Numbered from the whole stretch's first letter, positions 47,791 through 61,139 are shown. The stretch is DNA of 63,487 nucleotides, filler included, from Octopus bimaculoides (GCF_001194135.2; 4 parts of 4 records of this genome joined end to end with filler, not necessarily neighbours in it), one strand, 5' to 3'. Numbers and translations are program-made. Notes: a model not told the origin generated them from the sequence alone.

Positions 47791-48060
47791 ATGTGTACCT
47801 TTAACGTAATTCTCGGGGAGATTCAGCGTGACACAGTGTGACAAGGCTGACCCTTTGAATTACCGTCACAACAGAAACAGGAAGTAAGAGAAAGTTGTGG
47901 TGAAAGAGTACAGCAGGGTTCGCCACCATCCCCTGCCGGAGCCTCGTGGAGCTTTAGGTATTTTCGCTCAATAAACACTCACAATGCCCGGTCTGGGAAT
48001 CGAAACCACGATCCTATGACCGCGAGTCCGCTGCCCTAACCACTGGGTCATTGCGCCTCT
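47790..48060 (-). mobile_element. SINE family C, lacking its 3' tail
   Basis: Homology to 16620-16905. Confidence 0.85.
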
Positions 48061-48315
48061 ACAAGATTGGTATATATGTAATTAAATGTATTTTAAACCA
48101 TTTAAACGATTTTCCAAATTTAGGTGCATTTTCNNNNNNNNNNNNNNNNNNNNNNNNNNNNNNNNNNNNNNNNNNNNNNNNNNNNNNNNNNNNNNNNNNN
48201 NNNNNNNNNNNNNNNNNNNNNNNNNNNNNNNNNNNNNNNNNNNNNNNNNNNNNNNNNNATATATATGTATATATATATATATATAAACATATATGTATGT
48301 ATATAACCATATATA

Positions 48316-48409
48316 CAGTCGTGGCCAAAAACTTATATTCGGTCGGAGCGTATATTGAGTATAACCATTTTAATTTTCATAAAATTCTCCAAACTTTTGG
48401 TCACGACTG
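48316..48409. mobile_element. Tiny Tc1-type MITE, 94 bp, TA target-site duplication
   Basis: TA|CAGTCGTGGCCAAAA ... TTTTGGTCACGACTG|TA (15-bp TIR, 1 mismatch); CAGT start is typical of Tc1. Confidence 0.8.
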
Positions 48410-48416
48410 TATACAC

Positions 48417-48465
<49 letters not shown>

Positions 48466-48832
48466 CACGCACACACACACAAACACACACACACACATAA
48501 CTATACATGTAGGTATTCATATATGTGATTGTGTATGTTTGAATATAAGTGTGTGTGTGTATGTATCTATGAAAATATATCCGTATATATATGACTCTCT
48601 TTCTCTCCCCCTCTCTCTCTATATATATACGTGTATATATATACATGTGTTTATATATATATATATATATNNNNNNNNNNNNNNNNNNNNNNNNNNNNNN
48701 NNNNNNNNNNNNNNNNNNNNNNNNNNNNNNNNNNNNNNNNNNNNNNNNNNNNNNNNNNNNNNNNNNTATATATAAACATATTTGTTTGTGTGTCTGTGTA
48801 TGTGTGAGTGTGTATTATATTTATGTATGTAT

Positions 48833-49060
48833 TAAGTTGTCGCATATGAGATGGCTACTTAGAAATGAATAAAAACTATTTATAATCATTATTTATCAAT
48901 CAAAACAGGCTCCATTAGCTTCAACAACTTTTTCTTCCATCGCCTTGAGAGACTAGATGTTTGTTCTTGGGAAAAATTTGTCTTTTGAAGTTAAGAACTG
49001 TTCAAATTCTGTAATTACGTCTCTATTTGCATACGTTTTGTCACGGATGAAAAACTAAAG
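48833..49060 (-). pseudogene. Mariner transposase C-terminal fragment
   Basis: Minus frame FIRDKTYANRDVITEFEQFLTSKDKFF..EKVVEANGA.FD resembles L.GK.F....V......FF.SK...FY..GI..L..RW.KVVE.NG.YFD. Confidence 0.6.
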
Positions 49061-49204
49061 GTGGTGAAATAAATATTAGTCTTTTGGTGATAATAAGTCG
49101 GGAGATTATGGAGAATAATCCAATATTTCATAATTAAACTGCTGCAAATTTGCTTTGGCTTGATTTGTAATTTGGGAATTGGTAATGTCACGCCAGAGAA
49201 TTAC

Positions 49205-49500
49205 CGGTACCCCGTCGGTTACGACGAGTGTTCCAGCTGATCCAATCAACGGAACAGCCTGCTGGGGCAATTAACGTGCCAGTGATTGAGCACTTTACAG
49301 ACACGTGTACCCTTAACGTAGTTCTCATGGAGATTCAGCATGACAGAGAATATGACATGGGTGGCCCTTTGAATTGCAAGTTCGATTCACTTTTGCTAGC
49401 TGAGTGGACTGAAGCAACGTGAGATAAAGTGTCTTGGTCACAGACACAATGCGCCACCAGGAATCGAACTCACGATCTTACAGCCGTAAGCCATGCCAGA
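49205..49500 (-). mobile_element. SINE C 3' part joined to a SINE E-type 5' part
   Basis: 49205-49380 matches the family C tail; 49380-49500 matches the family E head and core. Confidence 0.7.
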
Positions 49501-50178
49501 GGATAGGCTTTTGTTATTTATCAATATCGAATGTCTCCTGGTTATAAACAACATTTTCTACTATTAATAAATAACCTTATATCCATATTCTGCAAAATAT
49601 GGCTAGCTTATCCTGTTCGTTCTATATTATTAGCATTATCCTGCGTTTCAGAATAAAATTATTTCCTTGTCTGTATCTTTCAATACATCTCAACGCTTCT
49701 AAAGCTGACTTTCAGTGGAAGTTGAATGTAAGTATATCATTGACCATCGACGGAGGCCATCCACGGTGGTCATTACTCAAGCACACACCTCCATATCGGA
49801 ATTCATTTAAACACCTGCTCCTTTTTTTTGAAGTGCAAGTTCCCACCTCAAATGCAATATTGTTATTCTCAAATACCCCAGCTGCACTTTTACCGAATTT
49901 GAACTCGCACAAAATCAGAAGTCTAACTTCTTTTACAGGTAACAGCTGCAAAAGCAAGGTAAGTATATATAAAAAATCCTCGTATAACCAGCAATAAACT
50001 TAAGATTTTCTAAAACTGTGATGTCAGCAAAATAATATAGAAAAATTCGTAGCAAGAGTTGATGCATTAAAAACTATCAAATATGTATTCACAAAAGCAA
50101 GTTTGAGAACGTGGCCATTTCATGTGAGACATCTTGTGTATGTGCGCGTGTGAGTGTGTGTGTGTGTGTCCCTGTCAG

Positions 50179-50222
<44 letters not shown>

Positions 50223-50243
50223 TACATATACACGCATACACAT

Positions 50244-50280
<37 letters not shown>

Positions 50281-50831
50281 TGTGTGTATGCATGTATATA
50301 TATATATATACATACATACATATGCCTTATATATACACATGTAAATGCACAAACACAGACACACACATACACCCCCACACACACACACACACGTACATGT
50401 ATATGGCTATTATAAACACTTTGATCTCAACGAATATCTTCTATTTATTTATTTATTTCTATATTTATTTTCTCTGTCTGTCTTGCGTGGTGCTGTTGTT
50501 CCCCCCCAGACGACGTATTGATGTTTGTTGTTCGAAACTTGCTGTTGAACTCCTCAACAGAAACCGTCTCTTCCGTTACGACAGCAGACGGAAACAAACA
50601 CCCCTGACATGTCATTCGCACAGACTTCTTATTGTGTCCGGACAATGAACTGGTTGTAAAAAAACACTTGAGATATATAAATATTTGTGTCTATATATAT
50701 ATGCGTGTGTGTGTGCGTGTGTGTGTGCGTGTGTGTGTGTGTGTGTGTGTGAATGTGTTTTGATGTACGTGCGGACGTGTTTGTGCATCTGTAGTGTACG
50801 TGCGCTTATTTTACATACAGATACAGACATC

Positions 50832-50886
<55 letters not shown>

Positions 50887-50912
50887 ATACACACACACAC
50901 GCGCACACACAT

Positions 50913-50944
<32 letters not shown>

Positions 50945-51080
50945 GCGCAGGCGTAGCTGTGTGGCAAAAAGTTTACTTCCCAACCACATGATTCCGGGTG
51001 CAGTCCTACTGCGTGGCACATCGGGCAATGCCGCCGACAAAGCCTTGTAAGTGGATTTTGTAGACGAAAACTGAAAAAAA
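50945..51080 (+). mobile_element. SINE family B 5' half
   Basis: GCGCAGGCGTAGCTGTGTGG.. head homology. Confidence 0.75.
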
Positions 51081-52214
51081 AAAAAAAAAACCCTTCTATA
51101 TATCATGAAATTTTGATACAATGTAAAGGACATAATGGAAATTAATATTCACAAATCAAATTTTGCAACACCACTACATCACATATGAAGAATGACACCG
51201 CATAAATGGCAGCCATTTTCGGCTTCGCACGCTCGCGCTCTTTCCAAAACTTGCACCATAACACCCTCAAGAGTTTCAGACCCCAGTTCTCTGATTGAAA
51301 ATGAATGAGTTTAATATTTAATTTCATGTATATATTTATGTATGTGTGCTTCTGAAACGAATAAAATTTAGCGTTTTAACTGTCAATCACTCCCACTCCG
51401 CTGGTGTTTTAGCTTCCTCTTCCCAGCGGCACAAAGGTGTCTATAAATTATCTTTACAGCTTCCACACTTCCGAACTTCAAATCGTAAAGATAAATTATT
51501 GCCCCCACTCCGACCCGTGTTTTGGAAAAAGTCCACAGCGAGTATTATGTCGGAGGTAAGATTAGATGAAAACACACGGAAAACCTTAATTATTACCAAT
51601 TTTACTAAGCATTATTAGCGATCATCTTACAAAATGTTTATGCTTTTACTTTGCAAGATTCCTGATGTAAAATCGTGTATTGAAACAGATATTGTCGGGA
51701 CAGTCATTTATTTTTTTGCCAAATAAACACACGCACTATATATTCGCTCTTCACTTTTGAAGGAGACACGCAGGATGGAAAGTCGCCGAAGAAGCCATAG
51801 ATACGCATTTTCAGAAGGAGTTTATTAGCTTATTAAAACATAATATAAAGGTCACAGTAGATACTAATTTAAATATAGTTAATTTCTTAGATATGATTGT
51901 GGATTTAAGTAGTGGTAAAGCTGCCCTTAAAATAAATCTAATGAGAAATGACCGTATATTATAAATTCCCCCTTTCTCTTTATAATCCTCACAAATTTAA
52001 TAGATCTTCCCCTGTTGTGTTGGTAGCCCTGACAAAGTTGTAATACCATGTTTATAATCTCTCCGTTTTTATAATGTTATGTGCTTTGTATACTCATTGT
52101 CAATGCTTTAGAACAAAATTTAGAGAAGCGAGACACACAGAAATACAGCACAAATTTAACCTAAACGACTCTCAAGAATTAGTATTGCACTGGGACGGAA
52201 AGCTTTCTGTCGCA

Positions 52215-52400
52215 CCCTGTGTTTTTGAAAAGAATAATCACTTGTGGTGAAATTGAGTCCTTCACGACAACAGTAAAAGATCTTCGCAATGGCTTCATGT
52301 TGAAGAGTTGCTTGAACGTGTTTCAAAATCCACTTTCCACTCCCGCAAAGAGAGAGTTACTATTTGGCAGCACTGTCAAAGAATCAGGAATTATTCATTT
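52215..52400 (+). pseudogene. Mariner transposase catalytic-domain fragment
   Basis: FLKRIITCGE / (W)VLHDNSKRSSQWLHVEE..KSTFHSRKERVTIW, cf. FL.RIVTGDEKW..YDN.KR..QW...P.LH.KK.M..VWW. Confidence 0.75.
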
Positions 52401-52697
52401 CTGTAGTGTGGCGGCGAGCTGGCAGAATCGTTAGCACGCCCGGTCTGGGAATCGAAACCGCGATCCTATGACCGCGAGTCCGCTGCCCTAACCACTGGGC
52501 CATCGCGCTTCATATATTTATATGCATATATGTATATATACATATGTAATGTGTGTGTGTATGTCAGTTAAGACAGTTGTTTGTTTTGTTCACAGCATGT
52601 GAACTGTATCAACTTCATTTGATCAAAGCTGAATATAAAAAACATAGCGGTTCGGCAAAGGAGCTGACAACATAAGTATCATACATTTATGGATGCA

Positions 52698-52905
52698 TGA
52701 GGGGATGCTGAAAAGTTCCTGGTTTTAAGGGTATCATGAAAGACCAGTTTGGAGGCCCAACTTTCTGAGTTCTTTTAGAGGGCTAAGAAACACTGAAGGA
52801 CCGCTGCAATAAGAGTGTGGATATGATAGGGGAATATGTAAAATAAACTCATAATTAACTGCATTTTCCTTCAGCAGAAGCTAGGAACTTTTCAGTACTC
52901 CCTCA
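52698..52905 (+). mobile_element. Older mariner deletion derivative (about 208 bp)
   Basis: Imperfect TIRs TGAGGGGATGCTGAAAAGTTCCTGG / CTAGGAACTTTTCAGTACTCCCTCA|TA; internal sequence resembles the transposase end (..DRCNK.VD..GEYV.*). Confidence 0.65.
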
Positions 52906-52929
52906 TATATGTGTGTGTGTGTGTGGGGG

Positions 52930-53160
52930 GGGGGTAAGAAGTTTGCTTCCCGATCATATGGTTCCGGGTTCAGTCCTATTACCTGCAACCTTGGGCAAGT
53001 GTCTTCTACAATAGTCTCGGGCCGACCAAAGCCTTGTGAGTAAGAAACCTGTCGTATATGTGTGCATGTTTGTATGTATGTATGTATATATGTGCATGTA
53101 TATATATCTTTTATTTTTCACTTATCTCACTCATTAAACTGCGGCCATGCTGGGGCACCA
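52930..53160 (+). mobile_element. SINE family B, internally deleted
   Basis: Head/CORE-like homology, plus tail CTGCGGCCATGCTGGGGCACC. Confidence 0.6.
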
Positions 53161-53165
53161 TACAC

Positions 53166-53203
<38 letters not shown>

Positions 53204-55307
53204 ACATATGGAATTTTCATATAACATTCGAAAACAACACAAATTTGAATTTTAAAGTTTGACAGTAATCGAACCCACAAGTCTCCTGTTAAGCTGTTGA
53301 ACCTTATATTTTACAAAATTGTATAATTTACAAATATAACAGCTGTTTAACATTTATATCCTATTGTTTCTAGTGCTGTGTACTCTAAGCAAGATAAAAC
53401 CTCCTGGCAACATTCAATTTCCGTTTGGAGGTAATTTCGTAACACTCACGCCACTTATACTTTCCTACTCTAGAACAAACCAACAAAAATCTAATGTCCA
53501 AGTATCGTGCGACTTGCAACAAGAGGCAAATTCTCAATAAGTTGAACTAAACGCTGAATTTCAATCCCAGGAAGAACCCAATTCACTTCTTTTTCGCATG
53601 TAATTTTCGGGGAGTGGAGTTGTTTGTTGAACGGATTTGTGAGAAGATGAACGATGTGTTCCATATGCGTTTGCATAGCTTTTGAGACATAGCGTGATGT
53701 GTTGGTGGAGGAAGAAGCTGAATTAGGTAGCGTCTTCTATCTTCTCATCTTAGAATACAAAGCCCTTTTGCTTACTCAAAGCAAACCGCATGGTCTTGAT
53801 GAGTTGAGCGGCTCAATGAAAGAGCAAACATCATAACAAGGTGGGAGATGAATTTTGTTGATGTTTGGCGAAAATACTATCAAAAATTTGGTTACGTATC
53901 TTTAAGTTCTGAATTTGAATACTGCGCAGATCAAATTTGTCTTTTTCTATGGTCAAGAAAATAAGTACTGGAGCCGTGTATACATACTTGAAGGTGTACT
54001 CCAGTATGGCCATAGCGTAATGACTGAAGCTAAAGTGAAAAATTCTGGGAGAAAAGGAATTGCTAATTTTCTGTTTTCTTTTTTCTTTTTTTAGCCTCTC
54101 TTCATCGAAAACTAGTTTTTCTATTAATTTTACTGGTACTGATAATTTATTTATGCGCCCTTTTAAAGCCTAGCCAGGCTCATGGGCCCGGTCTCCCGGT
54201 TTCTTTGACGCCAGTCCATCACATCTTTACTCAGGAAATAATGAAACAAGGTTGGGGAGAAAGAGTNNNNNNNNNNNNNNNNNNNNNNNNNNNNNNNNNN
54301 NNNNNNNNNNNNNNNNNNNNNNNNNNNNNNNNNNNNNNNNNNNNNNNNNNNNNNNNNNNNNNNNNNNNNNNNNNNNNNNNNNNNNNNNNNNNNNNNNNNN
54401 NNNNNNNNNNNNNNNNNNNNNNNNNNNNNNNNNNNNNNNNNNNNNNNNNNNNNNNNNNNNNNNNNNNNNNNNNNNNNNNNNNNNNNNNNNNNNNNNNNNN
54501 NNNNNNNNNNNNNNNNNNNNNNNNNNNNNNNNNNNNNNNNNNNNNNNNNNNNNNNNNNNNNNNNNNNNNNNNNNNNNNNNNNNNNNNNNNNNNNNNNNNN
54601 NNNNNNNNNNNNNNNNNNNNNNNNNNNNNNNNNNNNNNNNNNNNNNNNNNNNNNNNNNNNNNNNNNNNNNNNNNNNNNNNNNNNNNNNNNNNNNNNNNNN
54701 NNNNNNNNNNNNNNNNNNNNNNNNNNNNNNNNNNNNNNNNNNNNNNNNNNNNNNNNNNNNNNNNNNNNNNNNNNNNNNNNNNNNNNNNNNNNNNNNNNNN
54801 NNNNNNNNNNNNNNNNNNNNNNNNNNNNNNNNNNNNNNNNNNNNNNNNNNNNNNNNNNNNNNNNNNNNNNNNNNNNNNNNNNNNNNNNNNNNNNNNNNNN
54901 NNNNNNNNNNNNNNNNNNNNNNNNNNNNNNNNNNNNNNNNNNNNNNNNNNNNNNNNNNNNNNNNNNNNNNNNNNNNNNNNNNNNNNNNNNNNNNNNNNNN
55001 NNNNNNNNNNNNNNNNNNNNNNNNNNNNNNNNNNNNNNNNNNNNNNNNNNNNNNNNNNNNNNNNNNNNNNNNNNNNNNNNNNNNNNNNNNNNNNNNNNNN
55101 NNNNNNNNNNNNNNNNNNNNNNNNNNNNNNNNNNNNNNNNNNNNNNNNNNNNNNNNNNNNNNGGCCGAGGTGAGAGGGATAACTCCCTTGGCAAACAGGA
55201 CACAGTCGTGTGTCGATAAGCCAGCTGGAGGAGATGTCCTCCTGGGGCTAAAAGCAACAGTAACATCCACCCCTAGGGGTCAGCCACACTTAAGTGGCAA
55301 TATACTA

Positions 55308-55344
<37 letters not shown>

Positions 55345-55679
55345 AGAATTACACAGAATATGGGACTTGGCTATACAGTGTAAAAAATATACATTTTCAT
55401 AGGGCTTTGAACTTTGAACTCTTTTTTTATTTTTCAGTGATGACCGTACCCCCACTTTCTTATTTGTTCCATCTTGCTTCCTAAAATTGACACCTTTGAA
55501 AGGTCAACAGCACTTGTGAGAAAATGTATTTATTTACATATATGTTGAACAGTATACGATAGAAAAAGAAAAAAAGGAAGGAGAAAGAAAAATACTTTGT
55601 AATGAAATTTCAATGAATTGACCACACCAAATTCAAAGGAAACCTCTCTCTTTCTCTCTCTCTCTTTCACTCCCTTTCC

Positions 55680-55719
<40 letters not shown>

Positions 55720-55902
55720 TCCCCATCCTTTATTATTATTATTATTATTATTATTTCTCCTCTTTCTTGATTATCCTGCCCCTTCCCCGCTTTGCTCTTA
55801 TTTCTCTCCCCCCCCCCCCGTCAAATCCAAAAACAATATTCTCCTCTTCTAAACAAAACAAACAAAACGTTCTGTTTTTACCATTTTGATTTTGATTTCG
55901 TC

Positions 55903-55933
55903 TTGACGAGTTCGAAAACGAACGAAAGCGCTA
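55903..55933 (+). ncRNA. Hammerhead-core candidate lacking an obvious stem I
   Basis: TTGACGA-GTTCG-AAAA-CGAAC-GAA-AGCGCT-A: perfect 5-bp stem II, palindromic stem III, CUA triplet; flanks do not pair. Confidence 0.45.
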
Positions 55934-56064
55934 ATAAAGGATTATCCAAAATTATAGCTGCCTCCTTTACTCAATATACAATATCTGCACATTACTACCT
56001 GCAAGGCCGACTCTCGTTCTGACGACCAGGAAAATACGTCAAATCCCGATCTAGAATTCAAAAG

Positions 56065-56200
56065 GCTGGCGGAAGAGAGGATGCCTAAAATTAGCTGATG
56101 GTAGGATACCGAGGCACAGTTGAAAAAATAGGGATCTAACTGGGGAAAAGCAGAAATGACAACCTAGATTCGAGAACAGTGGAGAAAAGCTGTTATGCTT
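56065..56200 (+). pseudogene. Degenerate RTE C-terminal fragment
   Basis: ..LKK*GSNWGKAEMTT*IREQWRKAV, cf. LK..G.TW..A...A.DR..WR..V. Confidence 0.35.
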
Positions 56201-56839
56201 CATTGAAGGGAGCCAAAGGCTTAAGAAAAGACCAGAAAAACAGTGCATCCGACCAAACTTGTGAACGATGGCTGTAGTTTGACGAAGCCAGTCAGTCTTC
56301 TTAGAAATTAACATCCTTGGAAAAAGAGACATCCACGCCATTTTGACTTTATATAATGCATTCTTGGTAAGTCAATAGCTCGGCGTGAATTTATCTTACG
56401 AATTCATTGGAAGTTTTCAATACAGTGCTGCAAAGCTAACATAATTTTCTTTCTTGTTTTTGCTGAAGATTTTGGGATGGTGTTAAGCCTTACACTTTTC
56501 TGTTTGATTCCTCTTCAATATCAGACTTCATGCGTGAATGTCCATATTTACTTCTCACTTCAAGTAGCGCTGTTTATCGTTTTCATATTCGTCACATTAA
56601 GCGTTGTCTGTGTTCAAGTGCAGACCGCTCTCCGAGTTCAATGAGTATGTGTTTGAACGTTATAGAGTGAAGATAGAGAGAGAAAACGCGAGATATAGAG
56701 GGAATGAGAGGAAATAGGTCTTATGGAAGACACAAATAGAGCAATAGTATGAAGCATTATATAGATCTATAGGTAAGTAGGTAGTTAGATAGATAGACAA
56801 ACAAATAGATCTGTAAATTGATAGGTAAGTGGTTATATG

Positions 56840-57078
56840 TGGAGGCGCAATGGCCCAGTGGTTAGGGTAGCGGACTCGTGATCATAGGATCGGGGTTTCG
56901 ATTCCCAGACCGGGCGTTGTGAGTGTTTATTGAGCGAAAACACCTAAAAGCTCTACGAGGCTCCGGCAGGGGATGGTGGCGAACCCTGCTGTACTCTTTC
57001 ACCTCAACTTTCTGTCACTCTTTCTTCCTGTTTCTGTTGTGCCTGTAATTCAAAGGGTCCGCCTTGTCACACTGTGTC
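56840..57078 (+). mobile_element. SINE family C 5' part, runs into a gap
   Basis: GTGGAGGCGCAATGGCCCAGTGGTTAGGG..GGTTTCGATTCCC. Confidence 0.88.
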
Positions 57079-58044
57079 NNNNNNNNNNNNNNNNNNNNNN
57101 NNNNNNNNNNNNNNNNNNNNNNNNNNNNNNNNNNNNNNNNNNNNNNNNNNNNNNNNNNNNNNNNNNNNNNNNNNNNNNNNNNNNNNNNNNNNNNNNNNNN
57201 NNNNNNNNNNNNNNNNNNNNNNNNNNNNNNNNNNNNNNNNNNNNNNNNNNNNNNNNNNNNNNNNNNNNNNNNNNNNNNNNNNNNNNNNNNNNNNNNNNNN
57301 NNNNNNNNNNNNNNNNNNNNNNNNNNNNNNNNNNNNNNNNNNNNNNNNNNNNNNNNNNNNNNNNNNNNNNNNNNNNNNNNNNNNNNNNNNNNNNNNNNNN
57401 NNNNNNNNNNNNNNNNNNNNNNNNNNNNNNNNNNNNNNNNNNNNNNNNNNNNNNNNNNNNNNNNNNNNNNNNNNNNNNNNNNNNNNNNNNNNNNNNNNNN
57501 NNNNNNNNNNNNNNNNNNNNNNNNNNNNNNNNNNNNNNNNNNNNNNNNNNNNNNNNNNNNNNNNNNNNNNNNNNNNNNNNNNNNNNNNNNNNNNNNNNNN
57601 NNNNNNNNNNNNNNNNNNNNNNNNNNNNNNNNNNNNNNNNNNNNNNNNNNNNNNNNNNNNNNNNNNNNNNNNNNNNNNNNNNNNNNNNNNNNNNNNNNNN
57701 NNNNNNNNNCCCCACGCCCGAACACACCCCACCACCACCCACCCCCGAAGAAACTAAGCGGAACTACTTTAGACTGGGTGTCACAATCAATCAACATTGT
57801 CTACATCAACCTGAGTCCAGGAGTGCATTTCATTTACTCAGCTGAAAGCTCGGTTTACGCAAGTGGTATATCAAACACATTATATTATAACTGACTGCTA
57901 GGTACTCTATTATAGCGTATTTAATAAAGATGCAGAGAAAAAGAACGTCATCATGCACGATGGGAGGAGGATGGTAAAGAGACCGGGAGGGAAGAATATC
58001 CAGTCTTTATTATATATGATTATGGCTGCACCAAAGGCTGTGAG

Positions 58045-58445
58045 ATGGCAGAATCGTTAGCACACCGGGCGAAATGCTGGGCGGCTATTTCGTCTGCCGC
58101 TACATTCTGAGTTCAAATTCCGCCGAGGTCGACTTTGGTTTTCATTCTTTCGGGGTCGATAAATTAAGTACCAGTTACATACTGGGGCCGATCTAATCGA
58201 CTGGCCCCCTCTCCCAAAGTTTTGGGCCTTGTGCCTACAGTAGAAAAGAATCGTTAGAACGTCGGGCGAAATGCCTGGCGGTATTTCGTCTGCCGCTACG
58301 TTTTGTGTTCAAATTCTGCCGAGGTTGTCTTTGCCTTTCATCCTTTCGGGGTTGATTAAATAAGTACCAGTTACGCACTGGGGTCGATGTAATCGACTTA
58401 ATCCCTTCCCTCAAATCTGGGGCCTTGTGCTTCCAGCAGAAAGGA
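58045..58445 (+). mobile_element. Head-to-tail pair of SINE family A copies (about 58045-58245 and 58246-58445)
   Basis: The second copy starts at AGAATCGTTAG inside the tail of the first. Confidence 0.88.
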
Positions 58446-58499
58446 TTATGGTTACACCAATTATAATTTCTCCTGATTTTTTATTCGTTTATTTTGTGT

Positions 58500-58703
58500 T
58501 TGTCTTTTACTTGTTTATGTCATTTGACTGCGGCCATGCTGGAGCATCACCTTGAAGAATTTTTAGTCGAATGAATCGACTCTAATATTTATTTATTTAT
58601 TTGGAGCTTAGTACTTATTCTATGGGACATCTTTTGCCGAACCGCTAAGTTACGGGGATATAAACACGCCAACACCGGTTGTCAAGCAGTAATGGGGAGA
58701 TAA

Positions 58704-58738
<35 letters not shown>

Positions 58739-58920
58739 TACACACACATATGTATATATGTACGACAGTCTTCTTTCAGTTTCCGTCTACCAAATCCACT
58801 TACAAGGCTTTGGTCGGGCCGAGGCTACAGCAGAAGACACTTGCCCAAGGTGCCACACAATGGGACTGAACTCGGTACCATGGGGTTGGGAAGCAAACGT
58901 CTTACCATACATCGACGATG
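58500..58920 (-). mobile_element. SINE family B, full length
   Basis: Both halves colinear around an internal (CA)n. Confidence 0.85.
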
Positions 58921-59164
58921 CCAGCGCTTATTTTGTGTTTGAGGCTGTAACAACCATTTTCTGTCCTCTCCGAAGCTCCAATTCTGTTGGCTCGTCATAG
59001 AAATTCATTTGTTACTTTCCATTGTTACTTGAATTATAGGTTTTTCTTTATGTAACTCAATTCCATTTATAACTTTTGCTATTCATTTTCAAAATTTGAA
59101 CACATTTTAATTCCTTTCACACATATGAGGATGCAGAAAAAAAAAAAAAAGAAAGAAAACGAAC

Positions 59165-59520
59165 GTATTTATCTGACAATCCAATTTCCCTTCGAAATAA
59201 TCCGTTCAATGAAAAACTCTTGAAGTAGCGCCATGGTAATGCGCGAAGTATGTGCTGTAGCTCCATCCTGCTGAAAGTATGCATTATTAATTTCACTTTC
59301 AGTGAGTTGGCCTAGAAATGGAGAGACAATGTTTGAGTAATATCTCTTGATGTTGATGGTGAATTCAAAAATATCACTGCGGAGAGACCTTTTGAACATC
59401 CTGTAGTATGCTACTCCTAGCTTCCACAATTTTTTCTTCACGACTCATATTTGACTCAAAGTTCCTAGTTATTCCCGCCCACACATCTCTCGGACCAGAC
59501 ATCATCAACTGACCATTCTA
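59165..59520 (-). pseudogene. IS630/Tc1/mariner-superfamily transposase fragment (DDE region)
   Basis: TINIKRYYSNIVSPFLGQLTESEINNAYFQQDGATAHTSRITMALLQEFFIERIISKGNW: FQQDGATAHT second-Asp motif followed by RIIS..W. Confidence 0.8.
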
Positions 59521-59954
59521 CAAATTAGTCTACTTCTCATTTTCTCAGTAAATATTCATCCAGTTGCAACCTTTAAAATCCTGTTATTTGATATTCTTAG
59601 AGCTTGTCAGAGGCATTGCCATTGCCATTTGAACTTAAATGATCTCTAATGAGATGTAATGACTAGTTCTCTGGTATGACATCAACGTATCTCGACAGAG
59701 TATTTTGTTAACTACAGGAGTCAAAACCTCTGCATGGCCTAACGTGGGTGACAGACGTAACCCATCGTCTGGTACAGTACCACATCCTTACACCTTGACT
59801 ACCTTTAAAGGGAACCATTCTGTTTAACGGAAACCATTCGGACCAGGGCTGCGGTTCGAGAATATCTCCCTTATTATGTCCCAAGTCTCGGAGGCTCTGT
59901 AAAGGATCGGGGGTACTGCTTTGTCCCTTGACTAAAAGAAATAATAATAATAAA

Positions 59955-60166
59955 CCTTTCTACTGCAAGCACAAGGCCTCAAATTTGGGGGAAGAGATTT
60001 AAGTCGATTACAACGACCCCAGTGCGTGACAGGGACTAATTTTATCGACCCCGAAAGGATGAAAGGTAAAGTCAACCTTGGCAAAATTTGAACTCAGAAC
60101 GTAGCGGCAGACGAAATACCGCTAAGCATTTCGGCCGGCGTGTTAACGATTCTGCCAGCTCGCCGC
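59955..60166 (-). mobile_element. SINE family A, young copy
   Basis: Near-consensus reverse complement. Confidence 0.88.
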
Positions 60167-60177
60167 TTTAGAAGAAA

Positions 60178-60298
<121 letters not shown>

Positions 60299-60423
60299 CT
60301 GAGATTATCCAAGTATTTTATAGACAACAAACCATGGCTTCCGACAGTTATTTTGCAAGACGGGACAAAATAGCATACAGGATCAAATGTAAGAGTGTTC
60401 TCCCAAATATTCTAGACGACTGT

Positions 60424-60466
<43 letters not shown>

Positions 60467-61031
60467 GAGAGAGAGGGAGAAACGGAGAAAGAAGAAGAAA
60501 GAGAGCTAGATACTTGTGAAGAAAATGGCAGTGATAGTATAGAGCAGAAGGTCAATGCCTTTAAAGAATTCATCAAGCTGATCCTAAACCGGAATAAAAA
60601 AAATCTTGTCGTTGCACTAACGAACACATAAAATATATTTCAATTAACGAACTTTGTAACACAATCTAAATACAAAATGCGGTGTTTTTAAGCACTGTAG
60701 TAATTAAGTACTGTACTAATTAAGAAACTGGTATATATAACTCACCCACAGAAATTCATTGTTGCAATATTAAAATACTACACCCTTTGGACTATTATTT
60801 GACTTAGATAGGATTGCACAATCTTACGATCATGAGGTTAGGACTCTAACCATTAAGCTACGCGCCGCAACAATACTGGTACTTTATTTTAATCGATAGG
60901 GAATGTATCAACTATGGCAGGATTTGAACTCAGAAACAAGGAAAATGCCCCTGTATTTGAATACTATGCAAATATTCTTTTAAAAAACTTTTCATTTAAT
61001 TTTTCCAAAATTTAATTGGTTTCCATACTTA

Positions 61032-61067
61032 CAGTTGAAAAAGTGTCAATGACCGAAACCGGTACTG
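61032..61067 (+). ncRNA. Degenerate hammerhead-like motif
   Basis: CAG-TTGAAAA-AGT-GTC-AAT-GAC-C-GAA-ACCGGT-A-CTG: palindromic stem III, 3-bp stem I, G8>A. Confidence 0.4.
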
Positions 61068-61139
61068 AAATGTTTTTTATAAAATTATTTTAGCATTTTC
61101 TACCTTGACTTTTTTTTCCATATATATATGCATATATAT

